Below, one piece after another: positions 48,021 through 60,820 of a stretch of DNA of 64,000 nt. The notes below the pieces were generated by a model that made no database searches, had not been told where the DNA came from, and saw only the letters and a program-made list of their open reading frames with translations. Positions within the stretch are counted from its first letter, which is position 1. Each line of letters opens with the position of its first letter. The DNA is taken from contig NIVC01002974.1 of assembly GCA_002269645.1 (NCBI GenBank), positions 1 through 64,000 of the forward strand, given 5' to 3'. The DNA is from Macrostomum lignano (lineage: Eukaryota). Made by a program: the position numbers and the translations under genes.

Positions 48021-48459
48021 AACAACTCCGACTGCACCCGGTCGGTATTTCCAAAGTCGATAAAATGTACAAGGGCGTCAGCATAAACGTAAGTAAATAA
48101 AATATTAGCAGCATAAATATGATCACCGCGTCTGGTAAGGCGCGAAGAAGTAACTCAAAAGAAAAAACTGAAAAAAACCATTGAAAACTTGAAAAAAATT
48201 TTCTTTTGAAAAAAATAATATATATAGGAACATAGCTAGCTCAGTTCATTAGCTCAGTTCACTGCTCCGATCATTAACCAGGGCAGCGTCGCTTTCTCTT
48301 TCAAAAATGAGCTGTAGCTGATCACCAATTTCGTGAACTTCAATAAAATATCAAAATATAATCATTAGGTACATATAAATATGTGGGATAAAAGTAATTT
48401 AATTTGAACATACACACACACCCATACACACATACCCGCACGCACGCACGCACGCACTG

Positions 48460-48670
48460 TTTGGCGCGCTGCGCCGTTCTCCGCCTTGGGCGCTTCTGCG
48501 CCGGTTCCTCCCGCCTCGGCACGTGGTGCCGTTCTCTGCCTTGGCGCGCTGCGCCGTTCTCTGCCTGGCGCGCCGCGCCGTTTTCTGCCTGGCGCGCTCC
48601 TGCGCCGTTCTCCGCCTTGGGCGCTCCTGCGCCGTTCTCCACCTTGGCGCGCCGCGCCGTGTTCCGCCGC
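48460..48670. repeat. GC-rich degenerate ~25-bp tandem repeat
   Basis: Recurring GCGCCGTTCTCCGCCTTGGGCGC-like units. Confidence 0.8.
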
Positions 48671-49218
48671 CCTTGACGCCTAGCGTCGTTTACCCGCAGT
48701 TGTTCGGACTGTGCCTCTGTTCCGTGCCTCTGCTCTGTGTTCTTTGCCTCATCCGTCTTGTCATCCCTGTTCTGTGTTTTTGCCTCATCCATCGTATCAC
48801 TTCTGCGCGTCATTTTGTCGTTTTTGTGTTCGCGCGCGCCACGCGCTCTTTTCTGCGCTACTTCTGTAACCATTGTTATATTTTGTTATGTTTTTGTAAC
48901 GCCACCATGTTATACTACTCGCACTCACCGCGTTCTACTGCTCTGCAATCCCCTATCTTTTCCTGTAATGTTCTGTAACCTTCTGTAATCCTGCCACCCA
49001 GTAATTTTGTCCTGTGATTTCGCTATTCAGCCACTTGTAAGCCTGTGGGGCGATAATCCCTAAGACCTCCAGTAATCATATACTCGTGTATACTAACTCA
49101 ACCCCACTGTAATTCATTCTACTGTAACCTCATATGCTGCGGTCATGTTGTGTTTTGCCGTCACCCTGCGTGTTGGTTTTCCTTTGCGTGGCCCTATCCT
49201 TTTTGGAAGGGAGGCGGG

Positions 49219-50048
49219 TGTGACGTTGCCAGTTTAAAGTGGTCCCGCAAAAGGGCCGTTGGACTACAACTTTACTGCAATTTCTCATTTAATATTCTCC
49301 AATCGTGTATTTTCACGTTTACTTGTAGTAGCACCCAACGAATCTGTATCAATTGCTAATCATTGCGTACATTGTAAGCTTTGCGTACGTCTGTAGGGTC
49401 TCGCGCGATCAATAATCTCAGTTCTCGCTTTTCCCCCCGCCAGCCAATGAAAACTCTCCGCATATATTATGCTAACCCTCCTGCGCTCCTTTTTTGACCC
49501 CGCCTGGCGGCGGCCTGGGGGTTTTCACTTCTCTTTCCTTCTTGTTTTCTCGTTCTCTCTCCTGGCTGCCTCCCGTTTGTGCGGGCCTCCTTATCTCTCG
49601 CCACGGCCCCAGTCTGTCTGGGCCAGACTTGTTTTTCGCATTCGTGCTCCACCTTGTACTGCCACGGGCTAGCGCCCAATCACGCCATCACTTGTCTACT
49701 TGCTACTCGCTGCCATCACTGCACACTCATCGCCTTCGTTCTACTATTTGCGTCACCTTTATCAATCTGCTCATCATCCTGTTCAACCTATTCAATTCAA
49801 ACCCATTGTTGCAGCCGCCAGTGCCCCTGCGTATTATAGCCTCGGTACTAACTTATATTGACAATTACAATAAACAAGTTGCGGCCCTTACTTGTCTTGC
49901 CGCTGATTTGCCAAGTGCTACCGCTACAAAATCTACTCCGCCCCTGTTGAGTTCACCATCCTTTTGGGAACCTGCAACTAATAACGTCAGTACTTCTTGT
50001 CAAAACGGCCCTTTTAAGGGTTGCAGTCACCACGCCAATAACGTGACA
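49219..50048 (+). mobile_element. LTR (~830 bp) preceded by a polypurine tract, i.e. a 3' LTR; same family as 32462-33252
   Basis: GGAAGGGAGGCGGG then TGTGACGTTG...CACCACGCCAATAACGTGACA. Confidence 0.8.
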
Positions 50049-50379
50049 CTTAGCTACCGCACTGCCAAAGTCTGTGTGTTTAGCCAATAAACATACGAGC
50101 GTAAAAGTGCGGACATCACATCCTAGGATCCTCAACTCCTATTGGCTCTTTTTTTACCTTTAAATTCAAATATATATGCTTTTAATCATTTTTTGTTTTA
50201 TTGTCAGACCAGATACTGAAAACCAAACAAAAACGATTACAAACATCGAAAAAGAAAATAAAGAAGGTAGTGTACGAGCGTAGAAACTGAACAATCAGCA
50301 AGCGAAGATACTATAATAATCTACTAAATCTAGAGACATATGGCGCGATGGAGGGTCCTGAGGGTCCTCGCATCTTGCC

Positions 50380-51290
50380 CAACTTACAGTCGAAAAAGGT
50401 TGGAAGCCATCCAATACGGGATGGACGTATTGGGGTTAACACATTTGTATCATGTATACCGTATTTAAAGAACAGAAAGCTCAATAATCTCATTAACTGC
50501 AGTGATATCTTAATTAGCAACATAGCAAGCAAACCTAAATGAAGATAGATACAAGTACTTGAGTATAGGACTTAATGCTAAGGGGCAGGTCAAGACTGGC
50601 CTTAAGGTACCCAGAGATATGTTGACCGAACTTAAGGAGGCCCCATTAAGGCCACAGCAATTTCTGTACTTTCTAAATAGTATTATCATATCTAAGGTAA
50701 ACTATCCATTAACTAATAGGCGTAATCACAAAAACACTTTTCTTAAGGCAGACATTCAAACTAGGAAATGGGTAATTGATTTCCTCAGGCTTCCTAAGGA
50801 CAGGCCATCACCGGTTATCTACGCTAGAGCTAGGGATGGACGTATTGGGGTTAACTCATTTGTATCATGTATACCGTATTTAAAGAACAGAAAGCTCAAT
50901 AATCTCATTAACTGCAGTGATATCTTAATTAGCAACATAGCAAGCAAACCTAAATTCGCTAAAAATTACGTAAAATGGGAAAATCGTTAAACGTTTTTAA
51001 CTCGATGGAGGAAATGCATCTGAGCTGAAAGAGAAGCTGTACAATTGTTTAAATGGCAACGGCCTGGCAGACGCCTCAGTGACCCCTTCGTTCACGACTG
51101 GGTAACTGACGGCAGTAATCTGCTCTCCTCTGAAATGTTTATTAAATGTATTAGGATTAGGTCCAACCCTTGGCCGACTAGGGCTCGGGCATCTAGAGGT
51201 AGGGGTAAAGGTCCAAACTGCGATGCGGGATGTAGGAAGGTTGATTGGATTGGGGTTAATTCTTCCAAGTTGTGGCAGAACATTTGACAA
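50380..51290 (+). pseudogene. R2-clade ORF fragment (RT thumb to CCHC region) with an internal ~125-bp duplication
   Basis: RYKYLSI, APLRPQQ, DFLRLPKD...YARARDG, IRSNPWPTRARASRGR...CDAGC; 50413-50540 is duplicated at 50833-50952. Confidence 0.8.
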
Positions 51291-51816
51291 AAGAAATGCC
51301 AGGCACCGCACATCCCAAACACGCAATTAGTAGCGCCCAATGAGTGGGCCCATCTATCCGTGCGGAGATGTGGCCTCGGGCTACCTGATTTCGAGATCAC
51401 GATCCCGCTGATGCGGCGTGCGGCCTGCGAAAGCATGGCGAGCTCCTCGGACTTAGTTGTGGCTAACATAAGTGAAATAATTCCAACATATGAAAGCGGT
51501 CTCAATCGTGGACAAGACGTCTAATCCACAAAGAAGGTTATACAGGATAAATATGCGCAGGCCTATTTGAGCACCCAAAAAGGGAAGCTTGTGATTGTCA
51601 AAAATCAGCCTTTAGGATAATGCAATCGTCTATGGCTAAACCATGAGCACATTCCATTTATTTTTTCACTTAAACTTCAGGATAATGATTTCAAACTCGG
51701 GATAATAGACGCCTGTTTTTAGAACAAAACAGCAAACACCAACAACAAAAGATTAGCGTTATGGAAAGTTTATAGTGCAGTATCAATATGGCGCAAGTGT
51801 TATAGTGCCGAAGACC

Positions 51817-52188
51817 ATTACAGATTGTAACTGTTGAAAGTGCAGTTGTTCATAATAAAGATATTCCGACCGTTCATCTGCCGACCATCAGACAAGCTCA
51901 CTGCTTGTTGCACAATGGAACTTTGGATGCTGATGTCAGCAGGCATTGTTACTTGACCGTGGGTCGCTGCGCTTTGTCCCATGTTCAACGCACGCGACAC
52001 TGCATCGCTGCATTGCTGCCAGGACTTGTCCGAATTAACTGCCAGGTAGCGCCGGACCGTGCTCTCGGACTTTTGACCCGTGATAGCCATGATCTCGCTC
52101 ATCGAATGCCCAGCCGATTCCAGGTCACACACTCTGCTAACTCTAGAACAATTGAGCAATTGAACTGTAAATTGGACTCAATAAGACT
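51817..52188 (-). mobile_element. Crypton-like fragment, copy 2
   Basis: Near-identical reverse complement of 37888-38260. Confidence 0.6.
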
Positions 52189-52439
52189 GTCCACCACCCG
52201 ATGGACAAAGGCTGTCCAACCATTGGGGAAGGCCATCGCTCGCACTATGGCGGACACGCGTAGAGGTAGGTGGGGTGGGTGAGTGAAGCACAGAGCAATA
52301 AACTTTTAACCGCGAGGTAGGGGTCCGGGGCCTCCTATCTCGAGCTAAACGGCGGTGCCATATCTATAAAAAGGGGGCGCCTGAACAGCCGGGTTAGATT
52401 GTCTCCTTAGGCAGTCTCCTACGCAGTCTCCTAGGCAGT

Positions 52440-54190
52440 TAAATTGATATGCGGTAGAAAAGAGGCAGAGCTTCGCATAACATTAGATAAAAAAACAATA
52501 GTAAGGGGCAAGTGTGGCTTCTTCTTACTAAAGATTTAATAGCAAACAGATAGTGGCGTGGTGACCGAGTTATCAAAGAGGGGTCTCCATAAGGAGTTAC
52601 AACAAAAGGGCAGAGAAAAGGCACTGGGAACCGAACCGAACTAGAGGCCCTAATAAAATTTCCCAGGCTTGGCATGATCGGAACAAAGAATTGAAGAATA
52701 AACATGGGGGTCGGTTCACCTCAGATGCCCTCCGCTGAGGACAAGGCCTAAAGCCAGGGTCACTTGACCCTTCCACCTCCATGCCGATGCTAGTCAGATC
52801 CGGGTCGCCTGTGGTGAGCACTTTCGGATGGCGCAAGCTTGGCTCAAACAACTGGCTGCCTCGCAAGTCAGACTGAGCTGCGGCTGGCTGTTCTGGAGCG
52901 GACTGGTCGACAGGATCGACTTCGCTGTCGTCACTCGACTCATTGGGCAGCATTGGCCGCTCAGTTTGGCGCGGCGGCTCCTGTGGTCGGTCTGCCATCA
53001 TCTGCGGCACCTTGATGATGTTGTGTCAGTGACATCTTAGCTGGGCGACCTCGTCGGGCGGCTGCAGGCTTGATCCAGTAGGCTAGCTACTTCGCCGACC
53101 TTTCTGAAGACTTTGTACATGCTCTTGTACGGCCGGTGGAATTTGGGTAGCTCACCCAACTCGAACTTCGGGTTTGCCAGGCAGACAAGGTCGCAGGGCA
53201 ACTCCACAAGCTTTGGTTGGTTTTCATAGTATTCTTCTCGGCGCTGGATCTCCAGTCGCAATCGCTTTCGTACAGTTCGCTGTCTCTGCCAGTCTACGCT
53301 GGTGCTTGGCGATGTACTCTGGGAGGTCAGCCGATACGTCCAGACGGTCTATGGTGTTATCGATCGTGTACCGATAGGGCACTCCAAAGACGACGTAGTG
53401 TGGCGAGAACACAGTAGTACGGTTGACGGCTGATCTTTGTGCGGTCAAAGCGGCTGGCAGCATCTTGTCCCATTGCTGATGGTCTTCTAGGAGACAAGTG
53501 AGCACCTCCTTGATATTCTTGTTGCACGACTTGGCTTGTCCGTTATTTCAGGGCAAATTTGGCGGCGTAGTAGTCTGTCGGATGCCATTTAATTTGCAGA
53601 AATATCGGAACTCGTTCCCTGTGAACTATTTCCCTTGATCTAAGTGGATAGTGGATCCACGCCGGAATTCCGGTGATAGGAAACACTTATTCTTGCAGAG
53701 GAGTTATATCGTCTTGGCTCGCTGATTATTCATGGCGAAGGCGACTAGATATTTCGACGTGGTGTCGACGTAGGTCGGGATGTACTTGTTGCCTCGTTCT
53801 GTCGGGTCTCCAGTGGGGCCCAGGATGTCGATAGCACATCGCCCATAGATTTTGCAGACCGGAAACGATTGTACATGCGCCGGAATTCGTCGCCGTCCTT
53901 TGCTCTGAGTGCAGGACTGGCAGGAAGCGTCATAGTCGGACACTGCCCTGGCCAGGGCAGATCGCCAGAACTTTTTGCACACTTTCGCTATGATCAGGTC
54001 TCGGCCCATTTGTCCGCAGTACGGCATACGTGCAGGTCATAGAACACGGTGGCGTCGAGACTCTTCGGAGGACGATTCGCGCGGTTTCATCCTCGCTAAC
54101 ATCGTCTAGATGAATCGCCAGTAGTCCATCGTCTCGGGCTTCGAGTTGCTCGTAAAACGCTAACAGATTTCGTTCGTCTCTCGTCATATT
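52440..54190 (-). mobile_element. Ty3/Gypsy integrase and 3' region, degenerate
   Basis: CQSCTQ; AIDILGP; TYVDTTSKY; HLDQGK; WDKMLP...SPHYVVFG; GPYK-like motif; stops and frameshifts. Confidence 0.85.
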
Positions 54191-54279
54191 TAATCGCTGA
54201 TTTAGCGGCGGCTTTGGTTGTCGACTTTCTAGTAGGTTGACCAGTTGACCATCATGGTGTAGTACATGCGCCCTTGTCA

Positions 54280-57200
54280 GTTGGCAGGGCGCGTTGCACT
54301 TTGTGGCTAGCTAGGGGGGGGGGGGTTGGCGGGTGTGGCAGGGTCTGGCCGCCGGCCGGGCTTTGCGTGTGCCCCTTCCCAGCCGTGCCCCTGCCCCGTG
54401 CTCAGGGCTGGTTGGCTGCAGCTGGGCCAACTTTGGTGCTGGTGCAGCCCCTCCCCCCCTAGGCGGGGTTTTGATTGGCTGGCCAGTCTCTATTTTATTG
54501 AGGTAGTTTGTTTTTTTGTGGGCTTAGCCGGTGGGGCCATCGGCCCCAGGGTTTGGTTGTTATTTATAGTGCGGCTCTGAGTCTTGCCCACGCCCTTCAT
54601 GTGGTTTGTGCTTTTTGTAGTTACAGGTTCGCTAAAACCCGATCTGCACCATTCTTTGAGGTCAATATCAAAGTTATGCACGCCAGTTAGCAATAATTTT
54701 TTGTACCACCTTAAGCCTAGATTCCAAATCCTCTCTTTGAACCTAGGAATTTTGGTGGTTTCATGCAGGTAGTTTATTTTAGTGTACCTAGGGGCACCAA
54801 GTAGTATTCTGAGGGCCTGATTTTGGAGGAGCTGCAGTTTCTGTAGAAGAGCATCCGAAGCGTTAACTAGAATGGGCGCCCCATAGGTCATGTCACTCTC
54901 AATGTAGGACCTGTACAGTAGCCGAAGCGCCAGTTGCGATATCCTAGTGTTGCGAGCAATTCTCCTCATAGCTTCAAGCTTGGCGATGGTGATGCCAATA
55001 GTCTTGGAGATGTGCTGTTTGTAGCTCAATTTTTTGTCAAGGTTGACCCCTTTTTTTGTCAAGGTTGACCCCTAGGAAAGTAACCAAGTCATGACATGGG
55101 ATAAGGTTGTGATAAATTAAATTGTACGATACGGCAAATAGTTTAGGACCTAGACAAAGCTATTTGGAGCGTACAGAGATTTTAAAACTATTAGTCCTAT
55201 TTGTCTATCGCCGGTAGGCGAGTCCTACGAAACTTTCTTCAATAATCGCAGGTACGGTACAAGTAAAGAAGGAACACGGTTGAAAACGATTCAAGTAGAT
55301 TTAGAGACTGATAATCGTAGATGATAAAGGCTGATTAAGATTTTGCCACTTTAAGTTAGTTAATTCAAATTACACAAATTGATATGCGATTCGCAACGCA
55401 ATTAAACTCGAAAGATAATAATAATATTATTATAATTAATTAGTTAACGCAAATTGGTGAGCGGACCTCAGCTCTGAAGAACGGAAGAAAAAAAACCAAG
55501 CAGACCACGGAGAAAGATTCCTAACCATTAGCCTAACCCAGAACCTACGCTCAAACGAGGACCCTGACGGATTGACAGTTCAGCGGAGCTCTGGCTAAGT
55601 CCTACCAGCTCTGCCCTTTAGTGCAACACTGAGGCTTTCGGGGTAGAGGCCACGTACTGTGTCAAAACCGTCAGTTCCTATCTAACCGCGCTTGTCAGCG
55701 ACGCCCTCAGAACAGGGTTATCGTGGGCTTTACGCCAACAAGGCTATTGCAGTTGGGCAGGGGAATAAAACACGGACCGGGGAAGTCGATGCAGATCGGG
55801 CGCCTCAAAGCTCGATAAGAGGGCAAAACGGCCGGGAGAATGGGACAAACTAAAGGCCAGGAAACAAGAAGATCCGACCGCCAAACACACTGTCATTTAT
55901 AGTCACTGTCAAACCCCCCAAACCCCCCCCCCCTCAAGCCGGGTGGTGGTCGTCTGGCCGGCCGCTCGCTAAGCTGACTTGCACTGGGCCCGCGGCGCTC
56001 TCTCAGACTTGGCTTGCCGCGTGCCAGGGTCCAGGCCGATTGCGATTGGCTGGCTGCGCAAAGCTGGGGTATGCTGCAAAAATATCGACCCTCCGCTGAG
56101 TCACAATTGGCGTCTAGCTTTCTGACCTGTTTACAGAAAAATAAACTTTAAACTAACGCGAAAAAGTACATTGAAAGGCGTGACAAAAACAAGCAAAATA
56201 ATTATCAACAATACAGAAACTATCTAATAGAATGCCAAACTAACACAAAAGATGCTCACACTACAAGGTCATGTCCTAATTTAAGTGGCGGCCTGGCTGG
56301 GCCAGTCGAGCAATTGCTCTTATACTTAAAGAAATCTACCTCCTTGCTTTTGTTTGGAGTGATGGTGATGCCAGCGTCATCAAGCTATTTCTTCAGGACG
56401 ACCAGGAAACTTTTCAGCCTCTTGGCCGTCACTGTAGACGTTTTGGCGCTCGCCCAGACAGCAAGGTCATCCGCGAACTGACTCTTTTTGACCTTAATGT
56501 CGCGCGGGACCGAGATGGAACTGACGTAGATAATGAATAGAAAAGGGGACAGCACTCCTCCTTGCGGGAAACCTTGTGGGTCTGTAGTTGCTGATACCAT
56601 GCCTAGATTTCTTAGGCTTCGGAATCATCTTGATGGTTGCCTTCTTCCAGGCGTTAGGAAAATAGCCCAGAAGAAAGCTTGAATTAAAGATTTTGGCAAT
56701 GGTTCTCACAGAGTAAGGGCTGAGCCCACGCTTGAGAACAATTTTTGGGATCTTGTCAGGGCCAGGGGCTCCCCAGATCTGAGATTTTTTATTTTCAGTA
56801 GAACATCAATATCAAGGATGTTTAGAATGTCAGGTTCGGTATCCTCCCTATCGGGGTCATCGGGATCGGCCCTGTCCCGGTGATAGGTGAGGGCTCTAAC
56901 CATGCAATCGTGGGGTCGAAAGATCTCATGATCTTTATTGGACATTACCTCCTCATAGAGTATGGATTTAGTGTTGGGATGGGGCTGCATCTGATCATCA
57001 AGGAAATCCTGGAACAGATTGGCAGTCTCTTGTTCAGTTTCAGCGGTAACCCCCTTATAACTGAGGGCAGGAAAGGAAACAGTTTTGATGGATTGGCCGG
57101 TCATTTTCTTAATATCAACCCAGAATTGACGCGGCTCTCTTCTATAGCTCGTTCTAGCAATTTTCTTGCAGAGGTCTTCAAATTTTCTATACCTTTGCAT

Positions 57201-59110
57201 TCTGATAGCAATCCTAATTTCTTTGGCAGCTTGATTAGCTTGTACTCTAAACGCGTCAATTCTAGTTTTCTTAAAAAGTTTTCTGAGCTTTCTTCTGTGC
57301 TTTATTTTTTCAATAATGTCAGGAGGAAGTTGTTCTCTCGGATCTCTGTCCGGAACTACTTCCTCAATAGTTTCGTGGAATTTTTCCGTGAGTTTATCAA
57401 TCATGTTGTCAAGGTCTTCAGGGGTAGTGATTCGAGATCGAATAAAACTACAATTTTCTAGCTTGTATTGAAGGGCATATTTAAAGGCCTCCTAATCTGT
57501 GTGCCAGAAGCTTTTGGGTGGCTTGGGATTATACTTGGAGCTGGGGTCAAGATAGACTTTAATAATAATGGGTAAATGATCGCTATCGAGGTCATCACCA
57601 ACCATCACTTCACTGACTGAGTTAGCTAAATCAGGGAAGCAAATTCCCAGATCCAAAACATTTCCAACAGTGTTGCCCCCTCTATTGTAAATTCTGGTGC
57701 AGTCACCATAGGAATTAAGAATAAAAGGGGGGTCAGGATGATTGTCAAGCCATTCGAATAGCTGCTTTCCGGGAAAATTTTCTAAACTATCCCTACCTAG
57801 CATAAGATAGCGACAGTTGAGGTCACCTATAAGAAGGGATCTAGGTTGGGAGAGTAACTGCTCAAGCAGTGCAGTGTTAAAACGATCAGGATTGGGGGCT
57901 CTGTAGAAAAGGGAAATTCTTAGAGTACTACTACTATGGTTATTATTAGGGTTGACTTCGAGACTGATAAACTCATGGTTAGAATTATCGTAATATTTGT
58001 AGACATTCGATATTTTTAAGTTGTTCTTGTAAGCAGTTGCCAGTCTTCTTTGACAATCAGGGGTTTCATACCTAATTACGGCATACCCTTGAACATAGAA
58101 CCTGTCATTATTTTTAAGGTCAGTTTCTGAGAAAAGACAAATGTCTATATCTTCATTGTGCAACCAAATTATAATTTCATGCATTTTACTGCTTAGTTTA
58201 TTGCACTTAAGATACCCTATATTCAGGGTAGCATTGGGAGTATTATTTCTAATATGCTAAAAAATTTATTTCTAAAAGCCATAATTAAATTCACATTTTA
58301 ATGATATCTGCTCAGGACACGGATCCGACTCCGCTCACCGAAGTGGCTTCAGCTTCACCTACCCTGGCGGCAGATTCACCAGGTTTAAGGATGATCGCAA
58401 AGGCCTCCGTCACTGCCCAAATAGCTAGCTGGCTTACTTCCCAGTCAGAGAGCGGATGCCCCAGAATGATCTCCATAATCCTGTTGAATGCTGCGAAGAC
58501 TATCTCGAGCACAGCCCTTTGAGGAAAGTCCCTCTCACCGTTAACAGCAGCAGAGGCAGAGTCAGTTTGCATGGGTTCAGCCGAGGCAGGCACAGAGTTG
58601 CTTACAGGCGGCGCGGTCTGATTGGTCAAGGAAGTTAGAGCGACCGGAACCGCAGAAGGCTCAGCTGATTGGACGGCGGCAGCAGCAGCGGCAGCAGCGC
58701 GATTCGAGTAGACAATTGGTCCGAGTGTCGGCTTGACGCGATTCGGCCGTGCTGTCTCAGCACTCAGGAAACACCAAAGGTCTCTGCTAAGGTCTGGCTA
58801 CCTAACCTATTTTGACTATTGCCTAAATGTTTAGTTTGCTCAAATCGCTGTTTAAGTGCTTGAATACGATTATGTTCTTTTTCTGTTGCTATAGCGTTGG
58901 CAGTTCTGATTTTGTCACATTTGTAAGAGTATGCTGGGTGGTCACCACCCACAATTGGCATTATTTGCAACTGGTGTACCGACTGTTTGATTTTTATTGG
59001 CTCGATCTCTGGGATCTCTTCATCAGTGTTAATATAGCGCCTGTTAAGGAAGGATGTTGTGAGAGTTCTATTGCATGTAGTTGACTCACCTGCACAATTT
59101 ACTGACATTT
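54280..59110 (-). mobile_element. Jockey/I-group-like LINE (ORF1 knuckle remnant, APE endonuclease, RT), 5'-truncated, interrupted by a solo LTR
   Basis: APE: LFSETDL, IGDLN, LDLG, SDHLPI (57492-58184). RT: PQGGVLSPFLF, QFADD, TFLGVNLD. ORF1: GGDHPAYSYKC. ORF2 is broken by stops and frameshifts. Confidence 0.88.
55108..56265 (-). mobile_element. Solo LTR (1158 bp) inserted in the LINE RT
   Basis: Minus strand TGTAGTG...TTATCACA; 4-bp TSD AGGT; removing it restores LGHDLIPCHDLVTFLG. Confidence 0.9.
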
Positions 59111-59880
59111 TTAAATGAGACAATAAAAATTAAAGTGAGATGGTGTAATTACTTCATTAGAAAATCTTTTCAGTCGATCCTGTGGTATGATTGGGAAAAG
59201 GAGAATCAAATTACAGTTTCTATGAATCGTTTTATTTGGCAATTCAAACCAGTTTTTAGCACTATAAATAACATTGCAGTTATTGTGCCTACCCCGGGTA
59301 AAATGATTTTCTATATGTTTCTGAGGACCGGTCATGCAGTCATCGAAGACAATTAAGTGCTTTCTCCCCTTTTCTAGTTCATCAGGTTGAGATAAGAGTT
59401 TAGTTTTAGGATCAATCTGTGGATCTTCACAAGTGAAAACTTTAATGCTTTGTCACTTTTCATTGTCAGGGATGTGTTTTGCGTATTCAGTGGCTACAAC
59501 TTCTGGGTTGCTGTTGAGGTCTTTTTGATGTCTAAAACACTGAATAATATCCTCCTTGTTGAGTTTGTTTTGCAATCCTGCTACTAGCATTTTATATTCA
59601 TCCTGGTACAGAGTGGGTGAATAGATACATAGTGTGTCATAATCGAGGAATCCAGGTCTGAGGAGCATGTTAAAAACTCTGAAGGTTTTCCCTGAACCAG
59701 ATGAGCCAACAACAAACAATGCATCGGAAGTACCCAGGAATCATATTGTTGTGAGCAAATTTTATCTGATTGCGTGTCCAATGGGGATAGAAGTCGTTTG
59801 AAAAGTCCTTTTTTATTTAATTTTTATCTATTTTTTGTTTGTCTTTTGTATTGGGGATTTGTCTCTTTCTGTCACTGGTG
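59111..59880 (-). pseudogene. Polinton packaging ATPase (A32/FtsK-like) of a second Polinton remnant
   Basis: Walker A GSSGSGKT; Walker B LIVFDD; FTRGRHNNCNVIY...TIHRNCN; frameshifted. Confidence 0.9.
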
Positions 59881-59946
59881 TGTCTTTTTTAATAGGTCTT
59901 GTACCCTAGTGAAATTTAAAGCCACTTCCTTTCCTAAGTTCGGCTC

Positions 59947-60294
59947 TCAATTTTGCGTAGATAGATGGACCAATGCTGTCAGCAGTTGGGGAGCAAGCGG
60001 AGCACGCGGTTGAACATTTGTGTTTCGTTTGCTTTCATTGACTGCATCCTTAATCTTTTTAGCCGCCGTAGCTACACTACTGGCTGCTTCAGCAATGTTC
60101 TTTATATTTTCCTTATTCTCACTAACTACCTTAAAGATCCGAGCCCCTGGTGCGATCAGATCGGCGAGGCCATTCCCAGAGCGCTTTTTTCTTGGATAGT
60201 GACCTGCAGGGAACAGCCCAGATCCCCGTTTCATAATATTGAGTTCCTCTTCATTGTAGTATTTTTGGATGTCCTTTTCGAAAATGATTGGCAT
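59947..60294 (-). CDS. Polinton small core/membrane-active protein-like ORF
   Basis: RGSGLF...RSGNGLADL followed by an amphipathic Ala/Lys helix; similar in style to 307-629. Confidence 0.6.
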   Translation of the reverse strand: MPIIFEKDIQKYYNEEELNIMKRGSGLFPAGHYPRKKRSGNGLADLIAPGARIFKVVSENKENIKNIAEAASSVATAAKKIKDAVNESKRNTNVQPRAPLAPQLLTALVHLSTQN

Positions 60295-60780
60295 CTTTTG
60301 AAATAGAAATTTTTTTTGTTAAACTGTGAAAGCAAAAGTTCTCTTGCTCTTTTATCGATGTACTTCTTCTCTAACATTTTGTCTAGGATGTGAACAAACT
60401 CTTTTCTATCTCATCCTTCATGCCGGTCTTTGCTGCGCCAAGGAGAACAGCTAACCGCTTGTAAGCATCTGGCAAGCCATCACCTGTTGGTGATTCAAAA
60501 GACAGATCGGAAGATGAAGTCCCTGGAAACGATTGTAAATACTCTATCACTGATTCGCTTCATTCGTTCTGGATAGATTTGCTGCAAACGCTGCCATTCA
60601 TCTGGGTGTTGGTTTCTGTACCGGGCAATCTTATTTGGTTCTGCTTTCTCAAGTGCTTCTAGTACTTCCTCGGTTGTAGGTTGCTTTTGAGTTTGAGTTT
60701 GGGTTTGAGGAGTTTGAGATGTAGCCGCTTGGGATCGGGTTTGAGATGTAGCCGCTTGGGATCGGGTTTGATGAGCCCTC
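60290..60780 (-). pseudogene. Conserved Polinton protein C-terminus (5'-truncated, frameshifted)
   Basis: DGLPDAYKRLAVLLGAAKTGMKDEIEKEFVHILDKMLEKKYI, resembling the RL.vL.gs..aG...E...IlD.l...k.I pattern (recognised from memory). Confidence 0.55.
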
Positions 60781-60820
60781 AGTAGTGGATAGATATAGAT
60801 GATATGGCCATACACCCTCC

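Noticed and set aside
47025-48988. Overlapping antisense or alternative-frame ORFs (e.g. 47305..47850, 48340..48873, 48523..48978)
   Set aside because: Shadows of the GC-rich Gypsy C-terminus and tandem repeats.
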